DNA from: a virus
Taxonomy: Duplodnaviria > Caudoviricetes
Length of the DNA: 64,000 nt
Direction: 5' to 3' (one strand)
IMG/VR virus record: IMGVR_UViG_2839026242_000001
Location: 1-64,000 of that record
Below, piece by piece: positions 21,459-31,182 of the stretch (its first letter is position 1; each line of letters opens with the position of its first letter). Under the pieces are notes generated by a model that was not told the DNA's origin, did no database searches, and worked only from the letters and a program-made list of their open reading frames with translations. A program made the translations under genes and the position numbers.

Positions 21459-23780
21459 TTAAGCTTCACACGCTATACAATTTCCTGAGCGGTTTACTGC
21501 ATTTGTGTCAGTGTAGGTGTAATACAGAGTTTTAATATTTGATTCCCATGCCGCAATATGTAGCCGCAATAATTCACTTGCCTTAATGTCCTTGTGAACA
21601 TGTACATTATGCGAGATAGATTGGTCAATATGTCTTTGTGCAGCAGAAACAATTTTCAAAGACCACATCTCATCCATTTCAAATGCTGACTTATAGAACC
21701 AAATTGTCTTAGGACTGAAGTTGATGGGAACCATAGTAACCTTCATTCCTGCCTTTTCTTCTTGATAAATCACTTCGTACAGTGCGTCTAATGATGGAGA
21801 ACCATTCATAATAATACTGTTAGATCCTGTCGGAGCAACTGCCGCCAGATAGGAATTTCTTATGCCTCCATTCATGACTTTTGATTTCAACTCTTGCCAC
21901 TCTAAAGAATTGTATCCACGCTCATCGAAATATTCACCAGTATTCCACTTTGAACCTTTGAATAATGGATAGCTTCCTTTTTCAACAGCTAATTTATGAG
22001 AAGCTAAGATGTTTGCATATGCAATTTTTTCAAATATCTCATCCACATATTCAGATGCTTGATTTGACTCCCAACTAATACCTTTGTCTGCCAATAGAGT
22101 AGCAAGACCAAGCGCACCTGCTCCAACCGCACGATAAAGTTGATTTGTATAAGTCGCTTGCTCTACAGGAGTTCGATTAAGGCTAATTACGTTATCAAGT
22201 AAACGAAATTGAATATCTACTACTCTCTGTAAATCAATATCTTGAGTGAACACATTATGTAAGACTAGTGAACTCAGATTGCAAGTAACCAATCCTTCGC
22301 CTTTTTTAATTTCAACTACTTCTCCATCTTCTTCAAGTGCCTTATGGATAAATTCATCTGTAGCCATGTTCTGAACGATCTCGGAACACAAATTTGAACC
22401 CAAAGGCACTCCGGCATGGCTATTTGGATTAAATCGAGCGCAAGTATCTGAAAAATAGATATATGGTACGCCAGACGTTTTTTGACTCTCATAAATCTTT
22501 TTGTAGATATCAGTAGCCTTAACAGTTTTCTTAAGTTTTAAGTCTGCTTTTTCAGCAATTCGATAATGGTATGTAAAAGCATGATCTTCTCTGTTAGGTT
22601 CTTCGTCCTTGTCTAATCGCTTTTTATCAAACAGGAAGTTTAAGTCAAAACCAAGTTTCGTTCTTACTTCATATGGATCAAACAATGTCCAATTATCACG
22701 ATTAATTAGTCTTCTCATGAACTCATCATGCAAACAAATTCCAATAAAGACTGAATGCGCTCTGCGTTCTTGTGATCCTGTTTTTAAACGTAAGTCAAGA
22801 AAATCCATAATATCCAGATGAAAATCGGGCGTATATAAAGCAAAACCTGCTTTTCGACTTCCCAACTGATCTACATAATCTGCAATAGCATTTAATACTC
22901 GTGCCATTGGAATAATACCAGACGCACGTCCTTTGTACCCTCGAATCCAACTTCCTTCAGCACGAAGTAGTCCCAAATAAAAGCCTACACCACTACCATT
23001 TTGGCTAAAGATTGATGCATCTTTCCATACATCTGTAATGCTTACAAGGCTATCATCAAATGTCTGAATGTGACAAGAACTTAGACTTCCCATTGGACGA
23101 CCAGATGACATTAAAGTAGGGGTAGCCAAGCCGATATAATGATTACTCAATGCCCAATATGCTTCTTTTATGTATTCAAATCGCTTATCCTTATTCTCAT
23201 CTTTTAGTAGATACAATGCAGTAGTCATAAATCGTTCTTGCGGCAATTCCAATACTTCATTATTGTATCCTTTGGCTAGGTAGTTCTTGTTCATCAGAAA
23301 CAGTCCAGCATAACTGAATAGTCGATCTTTATCTTTATCAATTAGATTCCCTGCCGCAACAAGTTCATCTTTCGTGTAACTTTTAATCAGATCGTCGGCA
23401 TAAATACCCTTTTCCGTCAAAGAATATACTAGAGAGTAGTAATCTCCGTAACCTTTTTTATAATCAAATCCACGCTCTTTTGATGCCTGCTTGTACAGTT
23501 TTCTACGCATAGCAGAAGCTGACAAGAATGTGAAGTGTGGATTATATTTATCAATACGTTCGTTTGCTTCTCGAATAATCAAGTCGAATAGTTTATCTGC
23601 CTCAATTTCCTTACGAGTCAGAATTTCTTCAATGAGCGTTGCTTTCAACTCTTCAATCTGCTCACTAGAAAATGTTTTTCCAGTATCCTTTACGATTTCA
23701 TCCACGAATCTCGTAAAACGTAAAGGCTCAAATTCTGATTTTTGTATATGCGATTTTCGATTTTTTAGTACGAGAGTCAA
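21459..23780 (-). CDS. nrdE: Class I ribonucleotide reductase alpha subunit
   Basis: ATPTL, LSSC, SNLCSEI, CNLSSL, APTGS, DQSIS, KTLYY, C-terminal CIAC; uninterrupted. Confidence 0.95.
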   Translation of the reverse strand: MTLVLKNRKSHIQKSEFEPLRFTRFVDEIVKDTGKTFSSEQIEELKATLIEEILTRKEIEADKLFDLIIREANERIDKYNPHFTFLSASAMRRKLYKQASKERGFDYKKGYGDYYSLVYSLTEKGIYADDLIKSYTKDELVAAGNLIDKDKDRLFSYAGLFLMNKNYLAKGYNNEVLELPQERFMTTALYLLKDENKDKRFEYIKEAYWALSNHYIGLATPTLMSSGRPMGSLSSCHIQTFDDSLVSITDVWKDASIFSQNGSGVGFYLGLLRAEGSWIRGYKGRASGIIPMARVLNAIADYVDQLGSRKAGFALYTPDFHLDIMDFLDLRLKTGSQERRAHSVFIGICLHDEFMRRLINRDNWTLFDPYEVRTKLGFDLNFLFDKKRLDKDEEPNREDHAFTYHYRIAEKADLKLKKTVKATDIYKKIYESQKTSGVPYIYFSDTCARFNPNSHAGVPLGSNLCSEIVQNMATDEFIHKALEEDGEVVEIKKGEGLVTCNLSSLVLHNVFTQDIDLQRVVDIQFRLLDNVISLNRTPVEQATYTNQLYRAVGAGALGLATLLADKGISWESNQASEYVDEIFEKIAYANILASHKLAVEKGSYPLFKGSKWNTGEYFDERGYNSLEWQELKSKVMNGGIRNSYLAAVAPTGSNSIIMNGSPSLDALYEVIYQEEKAGMKVTMVPINFSPKTIWFYKSAFEMDEMWSLKIVSAAQRHIDQSISHNVHVHKDIKASELLRLHIAAWESNIKTLYYTYTDTNAVNRSGNCIACEA

Positions 23781-23832
23781 TTTGTTACCTCCAAATGGTG
23801 TTTTTAATTATTTTATGTAATAATTTTATTTA

Positions 23833-24171
23833 TTAATATGTTGTAAATTCATTTTCAAGAATCATATCTGCCTCATTCTCAAGATGAATCATTTCATTAG
23901 CAATCCCTAAGTTAATTGATCCCATCTCAATGTATCCCTGTATCATCTGTAAAATTTTTTGCTTCTTTTTTATATTTTCTTTATTTGCTACAGAGTACTG
24001 TTGTTCAAAAACTAGTTTTGGACATCCACGTTGTTTTCCATCTTCGAATATTATGTAATCTCCAGCCTTACCTACAAACGATTCTTCGTCATTCTCCAAT
24101 GTGAAATCCTCATCCATTTGTTTCGCTTTTATCACTAAATTATTAGCGATATAGGTTTGCATTTGAACCAC
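23833..24171 (-). CDS. yosL: YosL-like MazE/EndoAI-mimic antitoxin (PGDYG-like N-domain plus MazF-binding helix)
   Basis: C-terminal MIQGYIEMGSINLGIANE..LENEA resembles B. subtilis EndoAI MRRGYMEMAKINLNISSE...ECEA; lies directly upstream of the RNR genes, like SPbeta yosL. Confidence 0.7.
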   Translation of the reverse strand: MVQMQTYIANNLVIKAKQMDEDFTLENDEESFVGKAGDYIIFEDGKQRGCPKLVFEQQYSVANKENIKKKQKILQMIQGYIEMGSINLGIANEMIHLENEADMILENEFTTY

Positions 24172-24709
24172 CTCCTAGAGCGTTTAGAAAGCATTTTTAA
24201 TATTGTCCCTTTAACTCTTCATAAGCCTTTTCCAAACTCTTTAATGCTTTTCTTAACTCTTTACCTTCATAGCCACGCTCGAAGTCTCGAACGCTTAAAT
24301 TATATGCCTGAAACAAATCAATGTCTTTTACACATTTTAATATATTTAGAATCCACTCTTTTGCATCTTCAACATTAGGCACATCTTTTGTCACTTTGTT
24401 TTATCGACCTTTCTTATCGTGAATAACTTCCCAGATACTCAAGTTCGGAACCCATTGAAGCAAATTCCATTTCAAAAAATCCTTGAGCTTCAGAGCGAGT
24501 TTTCCCTTCATAGTCTAATACTTGATTATTTGATCCAATCCCATAGTATTTTTTCAGTGTCGTTTTAGGTTCAACAGTTTTTGCATGTACAGTGCGATTT
24601 TTGAAATTAAACATTATGTATTCCTCCGTTTATTTTTATATTTAATGTGATTTGTAGATGTATTGCTTGTCCGTTTACATTGTCATCACCTCTTTCGTCG
24701 GCGTATTGG

Positions 24710-24770
24710 TATAATACAATATAATTTTACCTTTGTAAATACTTTTATTATTTATTTTTAGTTATTATTT
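24710..24770 (-). promoter_or_regulatory. SigA promoter of the nrd operon with AATAACTAAAAATA box
   Basis: TTTACA-17-TATTAT; box at 24753-24766. Confidence 0.6.
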
Positions 24771-26525
24771 TTTCTATTAAAGAACAATTTCATTCAAATC
24801 CAAACTTCCTCATTATAAGCTCTTCTCTTCCAGCAATAATGTTGCAAATACTATTGTCTATTGTAAATGCAATTGTTATGACTCCTAGCGCATAGGAGAT
24901 AATATGACAACCAATCTTAAATGATAGTTCCATTTTCTATAAACTCCTGATTTCATTCAGATTACTTCAATGATTTCTGACAAGCCAATGCAATATGTAT
25001 CATCATTACCATCAATAACATAGATGCTCGACTCATCTTTAATTCTAATAATCTCTCCAGTTCTTTCTTCATTCATCGAATACGCGCCCATGTTATCTAA
25101 AATTCTAATTCTATAAACGAACCTCACATAATCTCCGTGTTTTAGATTCAATCAAATATCCCTCCCAATCAAAGCGTTGCCTTATTCAAAGTATTCTTCA
25201 GGAATTTCATCAAACTTAAGCGGTAAACTACCTACATCGTGAAGCCATTCAATCCCATCATTGTTAAGCCATAAAAATTCAACATCTAGTGTATTATATT
25301 CTTGCATATATCGCACTAATTCGCTTTTTAAAATTTCGTGACTTTCATCAATTAATAAACCATTATTAAACAGACCTTCCCAATCGTCACCTTTGACAAG
25401 CCATAGTTTATTTTCCATATCTAATCTTTCCTTTCATTCAATACCTAATTGGGTACTGCTCCAAAGTATTGTCAATGATCTCTTTCATTCTTTGAATATT
25501 GGTCAATAGTCGATTATCGATGTCGTCATTATTAATTTTAGTTGTAACCCACCCATTCAATTTCTTGTCAGTAATCATCATTCTTGCTTCAGTTTCTTTA
25601 TCTTCGGATCGATTTAAGAATGAAATGCTAACTACCTTAATACCTTTTGCTTCATAATGATTACGAATTTCCTCAAGTTTGTCATTACTCAAAGCAGTTA
25701 ACAACTCATTAAGATTAGTAAATTTCTCATACTCCAAGAACTCTTCTTCATCTCCGTAATAACCAAAATCAACTTCATATTCAACAGTACCAATGACATT
25801 TTCTGTCTTTTTGTTAATGTTCATGATTTGATACCTCCTTAGACATACAAAGCATAAAATTCTTTTCTAATTGGCTTACGTTTAGTTTTGGGGATTGCTC
25901 CAAATACAACCGAAACACCATTATTATTTGTTTTGGTAACGCTACTTTCTTCTGTTAAATCTGAAAGATTAATTTCTTTTACCTCTCTATTTAAATCTGC
26001 TGGTCTTGAAAAGAAATCCATAGCAACACAGTTTTTAAATAGCCCAACCTCTTCTGCACTTGCAAATGTTACAGTTCGGTACTTTTCGCTATTAATTAAT
26101 TCAGCTTCCTTTTGTTTAATAAATTCACTTAGTTTCATTGCGTTTCTCCTTTCTATGAAAGAGTAATTTATTGAGATTTGCCACTCAGAAAACCAGCGTT
26201 ACTAAATCTGAAATATCTTTTACCAAAATGAATGTATATAAACCAATAACCGCAATCCATGAACCATCTAAATTGAAACAATTTACTTTTAAATATAAGA
26301 AATTCAAGTTCTCCGCATCCACATTCACATCTACTCATAATTTTTAATTTCATTTTGTCTTTACCCATTCCACATAATATAGCATCTTCACAAATCAATA
26401 CACAACATATTGTGGTGTCGAAAAATATATATCACTATATATCGTATTTATTAATAGACTTCTCTAGTAAATGATGGTATTATGTCTCTAGTGAGTAAGT
26501 AGACTGCTAGAATAGAGGTGGCAAT

Positions 26526-26675
26526 ATGGCTAAAAGTAGCACACGAAAAGTTACAAGTTCCAAAATCGCTTCTCTTGCTTCTAAAGTCTTGCGTGACAAT
26601 CGTTACGGGAAAACATCTAAATCTCTTGCTGGCACGGCACTCGCTCAAGCAAAACCAAGATCCAAGAAGAAGTAA
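26526..26675 (+). CDS. Small basic 49-aa protein (not in the ORF track)
   Basis: MAKSSTRKVTSSKIASLASKVLRDNRYGKTSKSLAGTALAQAKPRSKKK; GAGGTG RBS; TAGACT-17-TATTAT promoter at 26455-26483. Confidence 0.7.
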   Translation: MAKSSTRKVTSSKIASLASKVLRDNRYGKTSKSLAGTALAQAKPRSKKK

Positions 26676-26696
26676 GCAAAGAAAGGAATGAACCCT

Positions 26697-26957
26697 ATGA
26701 AAATCGAAGCTGCTGTAATCAAAGAACAAGGAGTAACTTTTGCAGTTGTTGTCGTTAAAAAGTCGGTAGTAGACAATCAATTTGAATCAGAGAGAGTTAT
26801 TCGTGCATTAATGCCTCACTTCGGCAACATCCCAGTAGTCTTAATGGGACAAGATTATCGCGGAAGAGCATACTATAGAGGCAGAAGAGATATCGTAAAT
26901 TTTCTCTCACGCTTACACATCAGTCAGATTCCATGGAGAGAGTATTATGTTAGTTAA
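26697..26957 (+). CDS. Conserved-looking hypothetical protein
   Basis: MKIEAAVIKEQGVTFAVVVVK...; GAAAGGA RBS; terminator GCGACTA-GTAA-TAGTCGC-T5 at 26965-26987. Confidence 0.75.
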   Translation: MKIEAAVIKEQGVTFAVVVVKKSVVDNQFESERVIRALMPHFGNIPVVLMGQDYRGRAYYRGRRDIVNFLSRLHISQIPWREYYVS

Positions 26958-28040
26958 TGTGTAGGCGACTAGTAATAGTCGCTTTTTACTATTCTCCTTT
27001 CTTACATCCACATGCATCTTCATAATTCCAATATCCCCTGCACACAGTACTATTTGGTGTCATTTTAAATACACTAAGGCTTTCTGACACGCAAATCATC
27101 GATTTTTCATCGTTACAATATTTAGATTTAGGATTCCACATGTTCCAATAGCACTCTTTTCTAGAACATTTTCCATCAGTCCATTCATCTTGTACTTCTT
27201 CAATTCGATTCATTAATTCGTTTATTTCTGGTATTTGTCTTAGATCCACTTAAACACACCCCTTTTTTTATTAATCTTTGGCAAAAGTATATGCCGACAT
27301 TAGCTTTAGTTTTGCATTCATAAAATCTTGCTCTGTTCCTTTCTTGGTTGGTAAGTCTTCTGATTGCAATACATACAATAGTGCATAGAGTTCATTTTTA
27401 GTCAGATTAATGTTTGCCATTAATGTTCCTCCATTCTCGATAAATCTAACTTTTTATCGGGTTATTTCATTAAGCATGAGTAAAAATGCAATCTTTACAC
27501 AATCTTCAACATCACTTTCTTTTAGAAGATTACTTAGATAACCTTTCTCTTTCTTGTTTTTAAAGTACTTTCCGAAATACCCTAATATTTTTTTATGACC
27601 TTGCTTCCTATATTTTTTATATTCATTTTCATCATAAATGTATTCGCTCGCCCCATCGCAATAAAGGGTAAAATTATCAATTTTCTTTCCCCAATATCTA
27701 TTATAAACTACCTTATAATGCTTATTGTCGATACTAAATCTGAAAGCAAAATAATCTGATCTAACTACTTGTACTTTTGAAATCAAATCTTTAAGATATG
27801 TATCATCTTCTGTAATATTTAGTTTTTCAAACCAATGGACAATAAAATCAGGATGATGGAAGACTTCATTTAACAATCTGGAATACTCGTTATAGTGAAA
27901 GTCCTTTTCTTTTCTCAGTTCTTCTAATGTCTTCATTTAATCACTCCCGTTAAAATCTCGATTTTATTTACTTATTATTTGTTACCATTTATCAATATTT
28001 GGTATAATAACTTAAAAATTGATAAATGGAGGTCATGTAA

Positions 28041-28721
28041 TTGCGTATAAGAGGGTTTCTTCATGTTGCAGCAAGATTTAAATTAGATACTCTAAGAAAA
28101 TTTGTTGATGATACTGAAAGAAATATTGACTTTGATACACAAAGTCTAATTAACCGTTTAGAACAAGAAGCATCAGAGTTAAATGAAGAAGACCAAGCAG
28201 AGTATTGGGATTATAATATTGATCGAGTACATGAACTCGAAAAGGATTACCCAAATATACTTCGCTATTCTATTTTAGTTAGTTGTTACAGCACTTTAGA
28301 AAAAACTTTAGTCGATTTACATCATAGATTAAAAAATGCTGGTGCTCCACTTAGAAAGCTTAATCATCGTAGTCTAAACAATTTGTCAATAATTGCAAAA
28401 GTTGAATACTGTTTTAACAATGATTTATCCATTACTGCTCTGTCTTCATCAAAAGAATGGGGCAAGATTTTGCATTATAACAAAATTAGAAATACTATAG
28501 TTCACGATCTTGGCAGGGTATATGATTACGAAAATACTTCTTTGCCTGAAGTAGTCGCTGTTAATCAAACAGACTTTGTTTCCTTTAATCATTTGGGTGA
28601 GATTATATTGGAAAAGGATTTCTCATTTATGTTGATAAAGGATATTGAAAATTTTCTAGATTTAACATTTGAAGTAGTCTACAAATATAGAAAGGCAAAT
28701 TCAATATCTGGTGTTCTCTAA
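28041..28721 (+). CDS. HEPN-domain protein (putative RNase, candidate defence moron)
   Basis: All-helical; S.LE..L motif and RNTIVH (Rx4H); own promoter (TTGTTA-18-TATAAT, 27979-28008) and GGAGG RBS. Confidence 0.72.
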   Translation: MRIRGFLHVAARFKLDTLRKFVDDTERNIDFDTQSLINRLEQEASELNEEDQAEYWDYNIDRVHELEKDYPNILRYSILVSCYSTLEKTLVDLHHRLKNAGAPLRKLNHRSLNNLSIIAKVEYCFNNDLSITALSSSKEWGKILHYNKIRNTIVHDLGRVYDYENTSLPEVVAVNQTDFVSFNHLGEIILEKDFSFMLIKDIENFLDLTFEVVYKYRKANSISGVL

Positions 28722-28747
28722 GAAGTGTTTAAGACACTTCTTTTTTT
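28721..28747 (+). terminator. Intrinsic terminator
   Basis: AGAAGTGT-TTAAG-ACACTTCT followed by a T run. Confidence 0.85.
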
Positions 28748-29142
28748 ATAAAATGACTGTTTCATTTAGATCAATTCTTGAACATCAATGTTGTACCGCT
28801 CAATAATTTTCTTACACAAGTCCTTCCATTCTTGACCCCATTTACGCGCATTTTCTAAAGCACCCCTGATATCTTCTATATCATCGTCAATTCGATACAA
28901 TTCACGGTTAATATCGTTAACCAAATCAATCAGATCATTTTCGCCCATATATTTTGCTTTACTTGTGCTCTTATAAACATCCTTTAATGTTTTGACAATG
29001 GTATTTATGTACTGACATTGATATTCTGGAGGATTAACGATTCCAAACAGATCTTCGGACATTTTCTTTTGATAAAACTCTTTGGCTTCTTCAATATTCA
29101 CTATTTCACATCCTATTTCCGTTTAAAGGATTGTTATATCGC

Positions 29143-29220
29143 CTAAATGATTTTATGACAAATACCTAACTTCAGAGCATCTTCAGCAGGAATATACCAT
29201 TCTGCTCTACGTTCCTTTAC
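29143..29220 (-). pseudogene. Orphan 3' fragment of a ClpP-like protease gene
   Basis: Translates VKERRAEWYIPAEDALKLGICHKII*, matching the ClpP C-terminal pattern W/F...AEEA...G..D.I; no 5' part in the window. Confidence 0.65.
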
Positions 29221-29345
29221 TGAATCCAATTATTTATTGGATTTTTACATCCAATTTCTTGCTATGTTTCAAGCAAGCAACAGTCAAAATGACTGGGTGA
29301 AATAAGCACCTTCTACTACTTCACTCTAAGAGATCCGTAGATACT
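29201..29345 (-). ncRNA. Predicted TnpB omegaRNA (scaffold plus ~20-nt guide)
   Basis: Structured region after the tnpB stop: GGTG..CACC, CAGTCA-TTT-TGACTG, TTGCT..AGCAA and AATCCAAT-AAATA-ATTGGATT hairpins, ending in TTCA at 29221, an IS200/IS605 right-end-like boundary. Confidence 0.65.
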
Positions 29346-30522
29346 TTGTGTTTCTACTCGGAACAAAATCCAACTTATGATTCATGTTCAAGATATTCCA
29401 AGCCCCAACAATATCCCTGTGATATTCCTCTTCGCAATTCGAGCAACAATAATTTCTGTTTGTTGGCTTATTCTTAAATCCACAACTAGGACAAATCTGA
29501 GAACTGTAAGATTCATTGACTTTTATGAATCTAATGCCTTCTAGTCTCAACTTGTAATCAAGCAGTTCCATAATCAGCCCATATTCCCACTGACTTAATT
29601 TCTGATTAACATTAGTACCTTTATTACTACCAACATCAATCCCCGTCACATCTCCACAGTATACGAGAGAGATACCTTTCTCTTTCGCCCAATCTGTGTA
29701 CATGCGAGTTAGTTTGTGAATATGATAGTCAAGTTGTCTACGTGTTTTTGACTTGATATATTGCCATGCTCTATTGTATTTATGCCATTGGCGAGAATAC
29801 TTAGTGCATTTATCCATTTTACTTCTCAATTCAGCCTGTTTCTTATTCCTGAATTGCTTAATGCTACGAATTTTCCTACCTGTAATGATTAGTTGATCTT
29901 GCTGGTCAGATACCGATGTTATTGCATGAATTTCGCCTAAATCAATTGCAGCGACATTACTGAAAGATGGTTGTTTTTCTTCAACATCAGTGAGATAAGA
30001 AATGCACGCATAATATCTTTCACCTTCATAAATCAACTTGAGGGTCTTGATATTTTGTGGAATACTGGTTTTGAATTTAAGTCTGATTTGCTTTCCGTTT
30101 CTTGCCACGCCATTTGCATCTGTAAATCTAGAAACGGTAAGAGAAATTTCATTCTTGTTATAGTCACAAAACAAGTAATTGTAATCCCATTCGGTTGGGA
30201 AATACTTTTTTATTTTGTATGGGTATTTTTCATCTACTCTCCCCGCTTTTCTCGCTTTGGAAATAGCTTTATATGCATCAATGACTCTTTTAGCAACGGT
30301 CTGCTTGTTATTTGAGCAAATTACTTCAGTTTCAATGTCTTTAACCAGTGTAAAAAATGAGTTTCGATTGTGTAATTTTTTGTTCTCTTCATATAGTTTA
30401 TTATTTGCTTCAATGCACTTATTCCAAATCATTGCCGATTCTTTATTACACATCTGCAATCTTTTTAGATCACTTTTATTGCAGTTGATTAGCAATCTCA
30501 TCGTTCTATACTGCTGAGTCAA
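29326..30522 (-). CDS. tnpB: TnpB RNA-guided endonuclease (IS200/IS605 family, rearranged RuvC-II type), no tnpA
   Basis: AIDLG (RuvC-I), CGD in place of E, NESYSSQ.CP.CG, CxxC, HRD..GA.NI (RuvC-III). True start is TTG at 30522 after an AAAGGAGGTGA RBS. Confidence 0.92.
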   Translation of the reverse strand: MTQQYRTMRLLINCNKSDLKRLQMCNKESAMIWNKCIEANNKLYEENKKLHNRNSFFTLVKDIETEVICSNNKQTVAKRVIDAYKAISKARKAGRVDEKYPYKIKKYFPTEWDYNYLFCDYNKNEISLTVSRFTDANGVARNGKQIRLKFKTSIPQNIKTLKLIYEGERYYACISYLTDVEEKQPSFSNVAAIDLGEIHAITSVSDQQDQLIITGRKIRSIKQFRNKKQAELRSKMDKCTKYSRQWHKYNRAWQYIKSKTRRQLDYHIHKLTRMYTDWAKEKGISLVYCGDVTGIDVGSNKGTNVNQKLSQWEYGLIMELLDYKLRLEGIRFIKVNESYSSQICPSCGFKNKPTNRNYCCSNCEEEYHRDIVGAWNILNMNHKLDFVPSRNTKYLRIS

Positions 30523-30544
30523 GTAAATCACCTCCTTTATCAAC

Positions 30545-30590
30545 AGTATAGATCGAATATTGTATGTATTCAATATTATTTTTAATTTAT
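30545..30590 (-). promoter_or_regulatory. SigA promoter of tnpB
   Basis: TTGAAT-17-TATACT, preceded by ATAAATTAAAAATA, which is also present in the 59674-59703 promoter. Confidence 0.7.
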
Positions 30591-31144
30591 TATACAACCT
30601 CAATCATACTGTAATCTTCATTCCATACAAACCATGCGTAAGCTGTTGCATCTGTACCTTCTCCTGTAAATGAAGGACGTTCACTTAGTACGTACAATTT
30701 ACTAACAGGATGTTGCTGCCAAAATTCATAGCGTTTCTTTGACTCCAAGAAGGCTAATCTCAATAGCATGATGATTTCGGCATTTGGATACAATTTAAAA
30801 CATTGCTCCAAAAATTCCTTCGCATATGTGAATGGTGGATTCGTAATAACTGTTTTTACACTTTTATCAACTTCGTATTTTAATAGAAAATCATCATACG
30901 TAATCTCATCTGCACCACTATGTATTAAGTTAGACTCTTCTTCTTTTCTAATCTCGTTTGCAATAATTTTATTTGTATAGCCATAATTGCGAAGCGATTT
31001 TATGATTACTCCATTACCAGCACATGGCTCAAGAATTGTTCCATCCTGAATTTTATGCTTTATAAGCAACTTGTCTACTACGTCAATTGGTGTTGGATAA
31101 AAGTCAAATGGTTTTGTTTTTGCTCCTCTGTTTTTTGCTGACAA
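30590..31144 (-). CDS. Small N6-adenine DNA methyltransferase
   Basis: DFYPTP, LEPCAGNG, ITNPPF, LLRLAFLES, YAWFVW. Confidence 0.88.
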   Translation of the reverse strand: MSAKNRGAKTKPFDFYPTPIDVVDKLLIKHKIQDGTILEPCAGNGVIIKSLRNYGYTNKIIANEIRKEEESNLIHSGADEITYDDFLLKYEVDKSVKTVITNPPFTYAKEFLEQCFKLYPNAEIIMLLRLAFLESKKRYEFWQQHPVSKLYVLSERPSFTGEGTDATAYAWFVWNEDYSMIEVV

Positions 31145-31182
31145 CCTATCATCTCCTATAATTTTTAAATAAAATTGCACTT

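Noticed and set aside
20393-23780. Inteins or group I introns in nrdE/nrdF (also checked dnaE and thyA)
   Set aside because: The ORFs are continuous, of normal length, and lack intein splice motifs.
29326-30522. TnpB as a nuclease-dead TldR repressor
   Set aside because: The missing canonical Glu is explained by the rearranged ESYSS site, and both catalytic Asp residues are present.
30523-30603. N-terminal extension of TnpB in the ORF track
   Set aside because: The region holds the promoter and SD; the real start is TTG at 30522.
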